From the NCBI GenBank assembly GCA_964016885.1, contig OZ024750.1:47244001-47308000 (forward strand): a stretch of 64,000 nucleotides of DNA. The letters run 5' to 3'. Position 1 is the stretch's first letter; each line of letters opens with the position of its first letter. The translations under genes and the position numbers were made by a program. The notes beneath the pieces are model-generated. The model worked only from the letters and a program-made list of their open reading frames with translations. It was not told the origin of the DNA and did no database searches. Below, piece by piece: positions 1 through 13,095 of the stretch. This stretch comes from Eledone cirrhosa (lineage: Eukaryota).

Positions 1-382
<382 letters not shown>

Positions 383-854
383 ACATACAATCATACACCC
401 TTAATTACATGCGCACATATGTATTTTTATACTCACATACAAACACCCAAACATACATACCTACCTACATATACATACATACATCCTGGCTGTTTCTATG
501 TCTCTCATATATGAGAGATATGAGAGACATAGAAAGAACCATGAAGCTGAGGCTGCTGGTGGAAATAGAAATAGAAATAACACAACTAACAATAATAATA
601 GCACTAGTACACATAAAGCAGCAGCCTGGAACTCTCCGTTTTATAACCCCTCCGATAAATCATTCGACCTACGGCGAGTCCACGCCACGACTTTGCCATT
701 TAACAAACGCACGCAGTTGCCGTCGCAGGTCGATGAACAAATAGAAGCACAATTTAGTATAGCTAAATCCTAACTTAGAAATATTATAGAACAGTGTAGC
801 AAGAAGCATAATAGAATAGAGGCCCAGCAACTGGGAGAAGAATCTGCAAATGGC

Positions 855-3011
855 TTGCGTAAGCTCATGCAGCGCTCGCGTAATGGAGAGATTGCATGTT
901 TTCCAACAGACAAGTCTGGCAGAATGTCGGTTGACAGCCTGCCAAACTACATCCAGGCAATGCAACCCCACATCACTAACACGAGAGAGGTAACACCACA
1001 GGAGCATGAGGATAGAGAAAAAGCCCTCAATGCCCATATGGTGATGTGGACAAATATAATGCAGCCCAACAAAAGGACTGCCAACAACTTCCAGGCCTGG
1101 AACAATGACGTGCCGGCGTTGTATGGGCTTCGAAAAGACCATAAAACGGGCTGGGACCCTGTCACGGGACCACCAACACGACCAGTCTGTGGGGCTAACA
1201 TTGCTAGTAACTACAGACTATCCTACTTCCTCTCCCTGATCATACGCCCCATCATTGAGATGTCCCCAGATGTGTGTGACAGCACGGAGGACCTCCTCAG
1301 CAGAATCGGCGCGGGTAACCGATCTGGGGACCTAACAAACTGCATAATAGGCAGTATGGATGTTGTGTCCCAGTATCCATTTATTGACGTGGATTTTGCT
1401 GTGGAGAAATGCGTAGAAATGATCAGCGAGAGCAAGGTTGAGTTCCGTGGGATTGATACCAGTGAGCTGGGACTTCTACTTAAGCTTACCCATAGTAATA
1501 GTTACCTAGACACTTATGACCTTAGCAACCTGTGCCCTACAAGACCAGCAAGAGGCAGACCACCTACCATTACCTCAATGGCCAAGAAAACCTACACAGA
1601 TAGATGGAACGGGTGGACCAGAGCCATACGGACACCCGAAAACCACGATGAAGTGAAGAAAATGATTGCACATGCGGTAGGGGCCAGCATAAAATTAACC
1701 CTTAAGGAACATATGTTCAAATTTAATGGTAACACATATGCCCAAGAGGAAGGAGCAGCCATTGGTGTTAGCATTGCAGGCGACATAGCTAACTTATTCA
1801 TGGTATGGTGGGACAGTAGACTTAAACAAAAAATTAATGAACAATTAGAAGACAGCTTAACCCTGATAATGTACTCCCGCTACGTAGATGATATAAACAT
1901 CGTAGTTAAGACACCCCCACTAAAGAACAGTCAGGAACTAGAGACAAACACAATGGAAAGCATCCAGCAAATAGCAAACTCCATCCACCAGAGCATTAGA
2001 GTTACTATAGACTACCCAAGTAGACACCCCAACCATCGATTACCTGTACTAGACACAGAGCACTGGTTAGATACCATTAACAACCAAAAACAAATCCTCC
2101 ATTCCCATTATGCCAAACCCATGACTTCCAAACATCTGATCCACCGAAACTCGGCCATTTCGGACCATACCAAAATCAACATACTGATTGTGGATTTGGT
2201 ACGGGTGATGAGAAATGTGTCCCGCATGTGCAACCCCGAAGAACTAGAGAGACACATACAACACTTCATCCACCGTATGCAGTTCTCTGGCTACAATCAG
2301 AGAGATAGAATCAGAGTGTATAAAGGAGCCAGAACCAAATGGGAAAAAATGGTAAATAATGACATAAATGGGACCTGCCCCTTGTATAGGAGCAAATTTT
2401 GGAATAGAATAGAAATAACTAGGAACAAGGCCAATAGAATAAACTCATGGTATGATAGCAATAAATACCAGAGTGTAATGTTCATCAATACAACCCCTAG
2501 AGGCGAACTAGCCTACAAATTTAGAAGGGCCCTAAATAAACATAATCTCAATATTAAGATAGTAGAAAAACCTGGTACCTCCGTAAAAACACTTATTAGC
2601 AAGACATACCCGTTCCAAAGACCCTCATGTATAGATAAGAAATGTATAACCTGTAAAATAAGCCCCCATATTAACTGTAATACTAGAAATGTAGTGTATA
2701 GCATAAGATGTACTGAAGGACAATGTAGAAACAAAAATATAGTGTACATAGGTGAGACAGCTCGTAGTATAGGGGAACGAATAAATGATCACTGGCGAGA
2801 CCTCCAAGATAATAAAGGATCATCTGTGCTCTACCAACATGCTAAGATAGAACACAGGGGTAGATTAGAGAGCATAGAAATAAAAATAGAATCCACGCAC
2901 AGAAAAGACGCAATGTTTAGGCAAATTACAGAGGCAGTAAGCATAAAAGAATTAAAACCAAAATTAAATAGAAAATATGAGTTGAACAGCAACATCACAA
3001 CTTACAATTAA
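855..3011 (+). CDS. PLE reverse transcriptase / GIY-YIG endonuclease polyprotein, 718 aa. The frame extends upstream to 498 across one TAA (771-773).
   Basis: Motifs PTDKSG, YGLRKDHK, PTRPVC, SMDVVSQYP, GAAIG, RYVDD, LPVLD, linker CxxxxCxxC, VVYSIRC...YIGETARS...R, EA...LN. ORFs 498 and 855 are in the same frame. Confidence 0.93.
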   Translation: MRKLMQRSRNGEIACFPTDKSGRMSVDSLPNYIQAMQPHITNTREVTPQEHEDREKALNAHMVMWTNIMQPNKRTANNFQAWNNDVPALYGLRKDHKTGWDPVTGPPTRPVCGANIASNYRLSYFLSLIIRPIIEMSPDVCDSTEDLLSRIGAGNRSGDLTNCIIGSMDVVSQYPFIDVDFAVEKCVEMISESKVEFRGIDTSELGLLLKLTHSNSYLDTYDLSNLCPTRPARGRPPTITSMAKKTYTDRWNGWTRAIRTPENHDEVKKMIAHAVGASIKLTLKEHMFKFNGNTYAQEEGAAIGVSIAGDIANLFMVWWDSRLKQKINEQLEDSLTLIMYSRYVDDINIVVKTPPLKNSQELETNTMESIQQIANSIHQSIRVTIDYPSRHPNHRLPVLDTEHWLDTINNQKQILHSHYAKPMTSKHLIHRNSAISDHTKINILIVDLVRVMRNVSRMCNPEELERHIQHFIHRMQFSGYNQRDRIRVYKGARTKWEKMVNNDINGTCPLYRSKFWNRIEITRNKANRINSWYDSNKYQSVMFINTTPRGELAYKFRRALNKHNLNIKIVEKPGTSVKTLISKTYPFQRPSCIDKKCITCKISPHINCNTRNVVYSIRCTEGQCRNKNIVYIGETARSIGERINDHWRDLQDNKGSSVLYQHAKIEHRGRLESIEIKIESTHRKDAMFRQITEAVSIKELKPKLNRKYELNSNITTYN

Positions 3012-3299
3012 GGACAAAATGAAAACACACACACACATAGAACAAACAACTTACAATTGAAAACACACACAAAATGAAAACACACACAGGAGAAAATGAA
3101 AACACACACACACATAGAACAAACAAACAACCAACAATAAATAAATAAATAAATAAACAATTAGAAAAATGAACACAAACACACACAGACACCCGGATGT
3201 GGCACATGCGCAAACTGAGCACACAACACACACACAGAAACAAAATGGCGTAGGATAGAAGAAAGAAAAGGCACAGAAACGAAGAGAAGAAAGGAATCC

Positions 3300-3350
3300 C
3301 CAGTCACTGAAGAGGTCACAGAGTGTGTGACGAAAGGACTATGGCTATAT
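3300..3350 (+). ncRNA. Hammerhead ribozyme-like core in PLE 3' region
   Basis: CTGAAGA (3307-3313), stem II gtcaca/tgtgac, GAAA (3332-3335). Stems I and III are not clearly resolved. Confidence 0.5.
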
Positions 3351-3568
3351 ATATAAACAACTATCTGGTTGTGGAACCAACCAACCAACCAGAAATTTAT
3401 AAGTTTGTAGATTTGTAAATTTATAAATTTATAAATATATAATATATTGAAGTGAAAGCAACTGGTGCGTGTGTTTCTTATTGGCAACATGACCCTCCCA
3501 AAGTATAACAATATCGGTTTCAACACACGATTTCAGATAAAGAATCTTGCTAAACAAATTCAGAAACG

Positions 3569-3629
<61 letters not shown>

Positions 3630-3637
3630 TATAAATA

Positions 3638-3742
3638 TCAGTTTGTTTACAAACGAACAAAGCGGCGTTATAATAAGCGTCCGCTAAACTGATACGTGCA
3701 TGTATGTATGTGTACCTGTATGCATATGTGTGTATATGTGTG

Positions 3743-3802
<60 letters not shown>

Positions 3803-3855
3803 TGCTACTGTACGTCTGTATGCATGTATGTATGTACGTATACATGCATACTTAC
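3638..3855. repeat. Dispersed repeat, second copy at about 36925-37065
   Basis: Shared gtttgtttacaaac...ttataataa...ctactgtacgtctgtat...gtatgtacgtatacat. Confidence 0.6.
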
Positions 3856-3899
3856 ATATAAATATATATATATATAAATAAATATATAAATATATATAT

Positions 3900-4320
3900 G
3901 TAGGAGGTGAGGTTTATTGTAGTACAATAAAGCAATGCAGATATCGGATAAGAAGCACTCTACAGTTTGTAGGACTGGAGTATACATAATATAAGATCAA
4001 AAGATGGTTAAAGGAGTTCCATGTATTTTATTATGCGCATTTCAAAAACAAACATCATCATGCAATAATATTTGTGTTTTCATCAGATAATACAGGAGAA
4101 CATGATATGAAGGCTAAAAAACACTTGTGGATAGTGCAGTTTTAAATCAACATATGTTGATTTAAAACTGCACTATCCACAAGTGTTTTTTAGCCTTCAT
4201 ATCATGTTCTCCTGTATTATCTGATGAAAACACAAATATTATTGCATGATGATGTTTGTTTTTGAAATGCGCATAATAAAATACATGGAACACCTTTAAC
4301 CATCTTTTGATCTTATATTA
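3900..4320 (-). mobile_element. Non-coding fold-back HHR element, family A copy 1
   Basis: Near-perfect palindrome 3987-4320 centred on aatcaacat|atgttgatt, plus an 87-bp unpaired tail 3900-3986, flanked by (TA)n. Second copy at 44681-45009. Confidence 0.9.
4217..4279 (+). ncRNA. Minimal type-I hammerhead ribozyme (mirror copy 4028-4090 on minus strand)
   Basis: ttat-CTGATGA-long stem II-GAAA-TGCGCA (palindromic stem III)-TA-ataa. Stem I can extend (tgtatt/aataca, gttc/gaac). Confidence 0.85.
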
Positions 4321-4357
4321 AATATATATATATATATATAAATAAATATATAAATAT

Positions 4358-4448
<91 letters not shown>

Positions 4449-4457
4449 TATAAATAT

Positions 4458-4494
<37 letters not shown>

Positions 4495-4520
4495 AATATA
4501 TAAATATATATATATATATA

Positions 4521-4912
4521 TCACAGAAAAAAAAAGAATCAGTGTTGCGACGAATGAAATTTATTGAACATATTACAATCGTTTCTCTGGTGACCAGCTC
4601 GAGGCACGATCGCCGTGTAGATCGAACCTGACTTTGAATATCGCAAGGTCCTCAGATAGGCCTTGATTCTTGATTCTTGATTCTAGAATCAAGACGTATC
4701 TGAGGCCGTTGCGATTTTCAGAGTCAGGTTCGATCTTCACATCGATTGTGCCTCGAGCTGGTCAAGAGAGAAACGATTGTAATATATCCAATAAATTATA
4801 TTCGTCGCAACACTGATACTCTTTTTTTCTGTGATATCATGCTCTCGACTATGAGACCATCGAGTGCTCATACCGCCTACCGTATAGGGACGCTTTAAGC
4901 ATCCAACACCAA
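4521..4912 (+). mobile_element. Fold-back element family C (older, imperfect arms)
   Basis: Inverted arms 4521-4684 / 4685-4835 centred on gattct|agaatc, about 77-bp tail, (TA)n flanks. GAAA-CGATTG-TA at 4770-4781 resembles a HHR 3' half. Confidence 0.8.
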
Positions 4913-4935
4913 TTATATATATATATATATAAATA

Positions 4936-5193
<258 letters not shown>

Positions 5194-5859
5194 AGATAGA
5201 ACAGAGAAATATTAAAACAATGAAATTGAACAAAAAAAGGTTAATTCATATTAAAACTCATTATTTTACGATCCCGTATGTCCATTCAATTATTGATCTA
5301 TGTAAAATATATTACAAAATATCATAGTATGAAAAAATACAATCGTTTTCACTACCCGCCGTCTTCAGAAACAATTGTTTCTACTTTAGGCACCAGGCCA
5401 GCAACAACCAGTGTATTACTGGTACTTTATTTTATCGACCCCGTAAGGATGAAAGGCAAAGTCAACCTCGGCGGGATTTCAGAAATAATGAGTTTTGTTT
5501 ATTGAAGAATACTTAAAAACATACATATGAATAAGTAACCTTTTATAACCAGGTTGAGGTTGATCAATACTAAGAATAGGAAGGGGCAATATAGATCCTT
5601 AAGTTGGTAGTAGTAGATGAATAAATAAGCAGTCAGGGGATGAGGTATCAAATTACTTTTAAGAAAATAACTGAAAGTTGTTAGTGAAAATGAATTTAGA
5701 CATATTATATATAAAAGTGTAGATGGTCAAATAAGATTACGGTTGGAGGAAGAGGGGATACTTAGATTAGTGTGTTACATCTAGTAGAATGGTATAGAAT
5801 AATCTTTAAATGTTTGTTATTTCTTTGTTGTGAGGAATAATTTGTTCTAAAAATATATA

Positions 5860-6250
5860 ATTGTTTCTACTTTTGGCACAAGGCCAGCAATTGACAGTAC
5901 ATTACTGGTACTTTATTGTATCGACCCCGTAAGGATGAAAGGCAAAGTTAACCTCGGCTGTGATTTGAACTCAGACCTTAAAGAGACGTAACTATCCTGC
6001 ATATATTATATTTAATATTAATATAATATAATATAATATAATATAATATAATATAATATAATAAAATTGTTTCTACGTTTTGCTCAAGGCCAGCAAATAC
6101 CCAGTGGATTACTGGTACTTTATTTTATATTATATTATATTTTTATAATATAATATAATTGTTTCTACGTTAGGCACAAGGCCAGCAATTACCCAGTGTA
6201 TTACTGGTACTTTATTTTATCGACCCCGTAAGGATGAAAGGCAAAGTTAA
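5860..6250 (-). mobile_element. Cluster of three partial Meta-domain SINEs
   Basis: Matches to the SINE consensus (aattgtttctac...ggcacaaggccagcaa...ggtactttattttatcgaccccgtaaggatgaaaggcaaagttaa). Confidence 0.85.
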
Positions 6251-6603
6251 TAATATAATAAGTATATGAATATAAATGAAACCAAATGGGAGTAACATTT
6301 AGATATAATATAGATAAAATATTATATAGGTAACAAAATATTAAAGTTTGTGTAAGTATTGTATTGTGCTAGAGTGGTTAGAATGAAGTTTTCCCTGCAG
6401 GGAATTATATTTTCTAACAAGAATCTACATTAATAATCTGTTTTTTTTCTTTAAAAAAAGGATGTTTAAATAGATATCAGTTAAACATTTTGTTAGATTA
6501 TGGAAAATAATATAATATATAGTTCTAAATTATAGTCAATTACTTAAAACAGTTATAGGGATGTGATATAGGATTTAATCCATGGATTAATTCTAATAGC
6601 AGA

Positions 6604-6634
<31 letters not shown>

Positions 6635-6959
6635 CACACGCATATATATGCACACATATATATATATACACATACATATATACACACACATACATACACA
6701 CACACATATATATATATACATGCACACAGACATACATATACTATACATACACACATGTATACATGTACACACATACATGTATATACATAAAAATACACTT
6801 ATGCATACACATACATATACACACACACATATACATATTCACATACACACATACTCACATGTTTTCTCCTACATCATTTTCTATATTTGTTTAGTTGTAT
6901 TTCTAATATTTGAATGCCCTTCTAATGTTATGGTTACATACTATAATTCATTCTTGTCT

Positions 6960-8200
6960 TTTATTTAATACAGTGTCCTTCGATTTAGTAATTTCAAACA
7001 TTTCTTGGGAACACAGTCCACCCTCCCTTCTATTGCCCTGATAAGAGATGGCTTTTCTTAATGATCTTCCAAGTTAGGTTATATTTAATATTCCTCTTTT
7101 TACAATTACTAACTGCTTCTGCTAAAGAAGTGGTATTGGCTAATTATGTGTTTTGGAAACTGTGGGTGTGTGCATACAATCTCGATTTAAACGGATTAGA
7201 AGTGGATCCAATATAGGAATGATTAGAGTCCTTTGTTGTGATTACACATTTATATACTATATTATTAATTAAGCAATTTCCATTTAAGGGGCAATTATCT
7301 TTTATTCTTCAATTACAATCGTTTGCATATAGGGTTTCAGATGTGATATCCGTATTCTTAATACTACTGCTAGTATTTGTGTTTACTTTTTTATTTGGGA
7401 GAGAAGGGTTTACGGTTGGGTGGTTGCGGCCCGGATTGTTGTTAGTTGGTGAAATTATACTAGATATAGCATTTATAGAATCATGGTTGTTTTGGAAGCT
7501 ATTGGTTAGATTAGGTATGTAATTACTAGTCCTATTAAGGATGAGGAAGCTGGTAGTTTGTTGTAAGCTGCTGTATTGTGCCGGTGAGGTGAGTGAGCGG
7601 ATGTAGCAGGTGGGTATGCTGTAATATTCTGGTTACGCGTTGTAGTATTACCATAGTTATCTTGTGTGTGGCGTGCTATTGTGTGTGGTATAGATGGAGC
7701 TTTTTTTACATTTATAGATCTTATATGTACTTATTTTTTGTTGTATATTGCACGATCTGGAGTAAGAAAATGTTACTGTATTTCTGTTTAAGATTTGATG
7801 GTATTTGTCTTTAGGTGGGAAATGCTTATCGAGAATTGTAAAAAGGTTTTAGGGATTTGGCCCATAGTTTGCAAGTTAAATGGAGCGTTATACCATGTTA
7901 CATTTCTTTTATGGTTTCTAAAAGGTTTCCTCTTATTATAGTGGGTATGTATAGACGTTTGAGGGTAGATATTGTTATCAGATGAAATTATAATATTGTG
8001 ATTGTTATTATGGTTGTGAACTAATTGTTTAGTAGATTTTTGAATTGTATTAGTTTTTGATTTATGGCTTTTTGTTTGATTTGTAGAGGATATTGTGAGT
8101 TTTATTAATGGAGCATTATTGATAGGACCTGGAATTTCGGTATCATTCTTGTTATCTACGGTTGTTCGGGTATGTTTCCCTGGTTTTTTGGATTGCAATG
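6960..8200 (-). pseudogene. Decayed PLE thumb/GIY-YIG region (WFNPP-type family)
   Basis: Minus-strand peptides RNVTWYNAPFNL and CN*RIKDNCPLNGNCLINNIVYKC...SYIGSTSNPFKSRLYAHTHSF, homologous to the 45678-46298 ORF; several stops. Confidence 0.85.
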
Positions 8201-9067
8201 ATGTAGTTTAGTTATGTTGAAGGTTCAATGAAATAGGTAATATATCATTAGGTTTATTGTGAGAATTAAGATATAACCTTCAACATAACCAAACAACATC
8301 CTTCTAATCCAAAAAAAAAGGGAAAACTTATATTTTATTATATATTTTTAGAACAAATTATTTTTCAAAACAAAGGAATAACAAAGATTCTACTTGATGT
8401 AACACACTAATCTCAGTACCCATTTTCCTCCCACCGTAATCTTCTTTGACCTTCAACACTTTTATATACAATATGTCTAAATTCATTTACACTAGCAACT
8501 TTCATTTATTTTCTTAAAAGTCATTTGATACTTCATCTCCTGACTGCTTATTTATTCATCTACTACTACCCAATTAAAGATATATACTGCCCCTTCCTAT
8601 TCTTAGTATTGGTCAACCTCAACCTGGTTATAAAACGTTACTTATTCGTATGTATGTTTTTTTTATACTTCAATAAATATAATTCATTATCATCCTTACG
8701 AGGTCGATAAAATAAAGTACCAGTAATACACTGATGTTGGCTGGCATTGTGCCTAACGTAGAAACAATTATTTCTGAAGACAGCGGGTAGTGAAGACGTA
8801 TGTATTTTTCTTACTATGATATTTTGTAATATATTTTACATAGATCAATAATTACCCACCAGAAACGATCGTAAAATAATGAGTCTTACTATGAATTAAC
8901 CGTTTTTAGTTTAATTTCATTGTTTTAATATTTGTATTTTTGACTGTATCCAATGAATTATATCGTTGAAAATTGTTTATTTTAAACTTTGCTTCACGAC
9001 ATCTTCTACATACGGATTACATTGAGTTCTTCACACGGTTTAGCCCCTAACATTGATTGGTATATTG

Positions 9068-9189
<122 letters not shown>

Positions 9190-9331
9190 GTGGATAATAC
9201 AGTTCTTTACAATTCATCAGCCCTGTCACATTGGAATCCACTATTCACCATCTACACTCTACCATTCTCCCACCCACCATAACGTCATAGCATGTATATA
9301 AAGTAGAAATAATTTTTTTATTATTATTAGC

Positions 9332-9652
9332 ATAATGTTACGTCCCTTTACGAACTGAGTTCAAATCCCGCCGAGGTTAACTTTGCCTTTCATCCATACG
9401 GGGTCGATAAAATAATTAACCAGTAATGTACTGGTTAATTGCTGGCCTTGTGCCAAAAGTAGAAACAATTATTATTATATTATTATTATTATAGGGTCGG
9501 ACGCCATGCTTTCCAGCATAATTACGCCTCTTTACAATCTGAGTTCAAATACCGCCGAGGTTGACTTTGCCTTTCATCCTTACGGGGTCGATAAAATAAA
9601 GTACCAGTAAGGCACTGGGTGTTTGCTGGCCGTGTGCCTACAGTAGAAACAA
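9332..9652 (+). mobile_element. Two tandem 5'-truncated Meta-domain SINEs
   Basis: Box B gagttcaaat, gcctttcatcc..cggggtcgataaaataa..accag, 3' gtagaaacaat followed by (att)n. Confidence 0.9.
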
Positions 9653-9843
9653 TCATTATTATTATTATTATAAAATACTGATTCAGTAGGGGACAGCTAT
9701 AATCTTTTTTCGGAATTTACTTCCATTTCATGAGGCTTTGACTGCATTTTATCCTTGCAGTGTCAATGAATTGACGCACCTGGAAGCTACTGGAATTAAT
9801 TTAATCGACTCTCCATTCCCTCAAAATGATTACCCTTTTGCTA

Positions 9844-9898
<55 letters not shown>

Positions 9899-9901
<3 letters not shown>

Positions 9902-10046
9902 TAATAAATAAACAGAGAACAAAAATAGAAAAACGAAGAGGCATTACAAATGATATTAGTATTAGTTTCACGCTTGCTAGTGTGTATGTGTGGGGGGGGG
10001 GAACCTTTAAAACCCCTATATGTAACTCCTGATTTGCTAATATACA

Positions 10047-10084
<38 letters not shown>

Positions 10085-10233
10085 CAAACCAAGAGTTACA
10101 TATAGGTGTTTATACTAAACTTCTTCAGTTGTTAATGGTCCCCCACCCCCTACTCGCAAGCGTGAAACTAATACTAATATCATTTGTAATGCCTCCTCGT
10201 TTTTCTATTTTTTGTTCTTTTTATTCATTAAAC
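9899..10233. repeat. Inverted repeat (about 140-bp arms) with (TA)n in the centre and on both flanks
   Basis: gaggcattacaaatgatattagtattagtttcacgcttg / caagcgtgaaactaatactaatatcatttgtaatgcctc. Confidence 0.85.
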
Positions 10234-12049
10234 TATATATATATATATATATACAGAGAGAGAGAGAGGGAGAGAGAGAGAGAGAGAAAGAGAGTGAGAG
10301 ATGTAAAATCCGACCAATTTGTAGCTACCTATGAACCTTTAAGTTTACAGTCTCATTAAATATAAATTTACCAAGTAATGTATCAAAATGAGCTGTTATA
10401 GTTACTAAAGGCATTTAGTTTGAGTTAGAAAAATAAATGAACCAGTTGTATATTGATCATGGCTTGTGATTTAAATATTTTCTAGGTTTACATTCGGTAT
10501 CTCTATGTAAGCAATTATCTCTTTTTACGAATCTAACTTGCTGAAATAATTATGTGTCCAAATCATTCCCAGTCTATTGAATATTTTCGAACAATAGACG
10601 AAATTATTCATGCAGTTATGTAGTAGTTATCCCCCGGCAGACTTACAAACTTGCAAAGGGTGAAATTAATCTCTAATCATATAAATAATACATCATTTGT
10701 CATAATTTAGAAATGATTGGGTTGCATATATATACGGTATATTGACCAATGTTCATTGTTTTCATCACTCATTAGGATTTAGAAACATCTAAAAAGCCAG
10801 TCAATGAAAGTTCAGAAAAGTTTAGGAATATTTTGACGTTCTAACGACTGATCACTTCCAGAATGTATTAGCATTCATTGAATTAGAAACCCACCATCGT
10901 GTTCTAGTCTACTTAATAACACCGAAGCTAATCATGTGGCGAATATATGAGACTGCTGAAACTATTATGTCAATAACGGCACCCGTTTTAGATGAAACGA
11001 TAACGAAATATTGTTATTGAAATATAGTTGAATAGACGAAATTCCTTGAGGTGGACACCTATGCAACCGTATGCAACGAGATACTATATAGTTTATAAAT
11101 AGTCTTGAGTTCTTGGTGTATGAATAGAGATCATTATCGTAAATGATTAGAAAGCAATTCATTTAGGTGTAGCGAGAAGAGAACGTATCTAAACATAGCA
11201 TATAATACAAATGTCTTCTAAGAGTTAAAGAATTAAAGAAACTCAAGTGAGAATATTGACACGGCATTATCGTTTCCTAGGGTTTACTTAACACATACAT
11301 ATTAATCTCATAATATTAGCTTTCACAACATTGTTCATAGATATTGATTAAAACATTTATGAATGCACTTCTTGGAAGATAAAAGTACTGATATCCCGTA
11401 GAAACTGTTTCATATTAACATGGACTATTCTGATTGAGTTTGAATCTTTTTATCTAAGGCACTCCCTGTAAATAATTGAAAAGGTTTTGGAGTGTAATTC
11501 AGTATTAGTGTTGGTATTGGTGTATCTTAACTGAGCTAACGTGACATACTGCCTGCTTTGGTTGTTGTTATTTTATATCCGAAACAAATAACTGGTATGC
11601 ATCTTATGTTTTAAAAACCGATTCCACTATCTTGCTACTAAAAAAAAAAATAGAAACCCACAAAAAGTGGTATCGCATTCCGAAACACTGTTATAATGAA
11701 ATAGCTTAAGAAGAATAGATGAATGCAGTAGATGAAGTCCTATCCCCCTTGTAGTAGAAAACAGTTAATACAAAACTGTTGAAAGTGATCAACCTCTATT
11801 GCAAGTCAATGCCAACTAATCTAGCGCTTGGTACATCGTGTGAGGCCTTGCTTCATTATCGTCGTAATACAACTAAGTAAATATTTCTCACGTGATATAA
11901 TTTAAACTCACTGGATACAAACACAGGATATGACGTTAGATATAAACATTTCTGAAGAATTATACATTGGAACACCCACTGTTTTAAATTTTCGCTCAAT
12001 TTGGTGCACTTTCTTTGATGCTAAACTCTGCCCGTTGCAGAGAGCACAT

Positions 12050-12690
12050 CAGCATGAGATATTTTTCTCCACAAATTTCGATCACCAACAACAGAGTTTA
12101 AATCCAGTCCATAGGTTGACATTATCAACCCATCGTTTTGGCTGCCGGCATCTGCTTCTCTTACCAGCCAACCTTCCTTCCAGGCATAACCTACTCACAT
12201 CACCAGTATAGTTTGATCACTCTTGACTTGACAATTGATGTAATTGGTCTAAGTCTGGTAATGTTGAGCAGCTCACTGATACAGATACGGTCGCTGAACC
12301 GGTTGCCAGTCATAAGTCTTATGATGTAGTTCTGGAGTGCAGAGAGCATATCAAGTGACCTTGTCGTCCAATTACCACTGTCAACACCATATAACTCAAC
12401 TGGTAGGATGTAAGTATCGAAGATCTTAGCCTTGACATGATGGGAAAATCGTTTTGATGTTAGTACTTCCTTGTGCTTGTTGAAATCTGTCCAATCTTGA
12501 GCGATACGATACTGCGCAGCAGCCATTCCATTGTTGTTTGATGATAGTTTGTGACTGAGACATACAAACTCCGTTACTTGAGCAATTTGCTGGCTGTAGA
12601 TTGTGAGTTGGAGATTGGCACTATTTTTATTAGTTGTCATACATTTTGTTTTTGAGATGTTGATGCACAAGCCAGCCTTATTCATATGTT
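12050..12690 (-). pseudogene. RTE-like LINE, RT C-terminal fragment
   Basis: GLCINISKTKCM...QVTEFVCL...YRIAQ...KAKIFDTYILPVELYG resembles the post-RT region of RTE-clade ORFs. Confidence 0.8.
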
Positions 12691-12722
12691 ATACTACAAA
12701 ACTTAATGCGCACCAAATCATA

Positions 12723-13095
12723 ATTGTTTCTACTTTTGGCACAAGGTCAGCAATTACCCGGTGCATTACTGGTACTTTATTTTATCAAGCCTGTAATGAT
12801 GAAAGGCAAAGTTGACCTCGGCGGGATTTGAACTCAGAATGGCAAACGCCGTAACTCTATGCGTCAAAGCATGGCGTCCGATCCTCTACCGATACTGTCA
12901 ATCAAATAATTGTTTCTACTTTAGGCACAAGGCCAGCAATTACCCAGTGCGTTACTAGTACTTTATTTTATTGACCCCGTAAGGATGAAAGGCACAGTCA
13001 ACCTCGGCGGGATTTGAACTCGGATCGTAAAGGGACTTAACTATGCTGGAAAGCATGGCGTCCGATCCTCTACCGATACTGCCAATACACCGCCC
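12723..13095 (-). mobile_element. Two tandem near-full-length Meta-domain SINEs
   Basis: Consensus match. TSD-like tcaatcaaataat at about 12898 and 13096. Confidence 0.9.

Larger units (their letters stand above)
498..3570 (+). mobile_element. Penelope-like retroelement (Naiad-like), near full length, ending in (TA)n
   Basis: RT + GIY-YIG ORF, low-complexity 3' UTR, HHR-like core at 3307-3335, 3' end abuts (TA)n at 3571. The 5' boundary is uncertain and the clade is inferred. Confidence 0.9.

Noticed and set aside
771-773. In-frame stop in the first PLE as programmed readthrough or Sec
   Set aside because: It is TAA, most simply a point mutation.
3987-4320. Palindromes as sequencing or assembly fold-back artefacts, or as classical MITEs
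   Set aside because: Independent copies share endpoints and asymmetric tails, contain HHRs, and older ones have diverged arms. Artefact is unlikely, though raw reads were not checked.
7309-7311. TGA at a conserved Cys position (CN*R) in the decayed PLE, possible selenocysteine
   Set aside because: The copy has other stops and frameshifts, the homolog at about 46070 has TGT, and I saw no SECIS.
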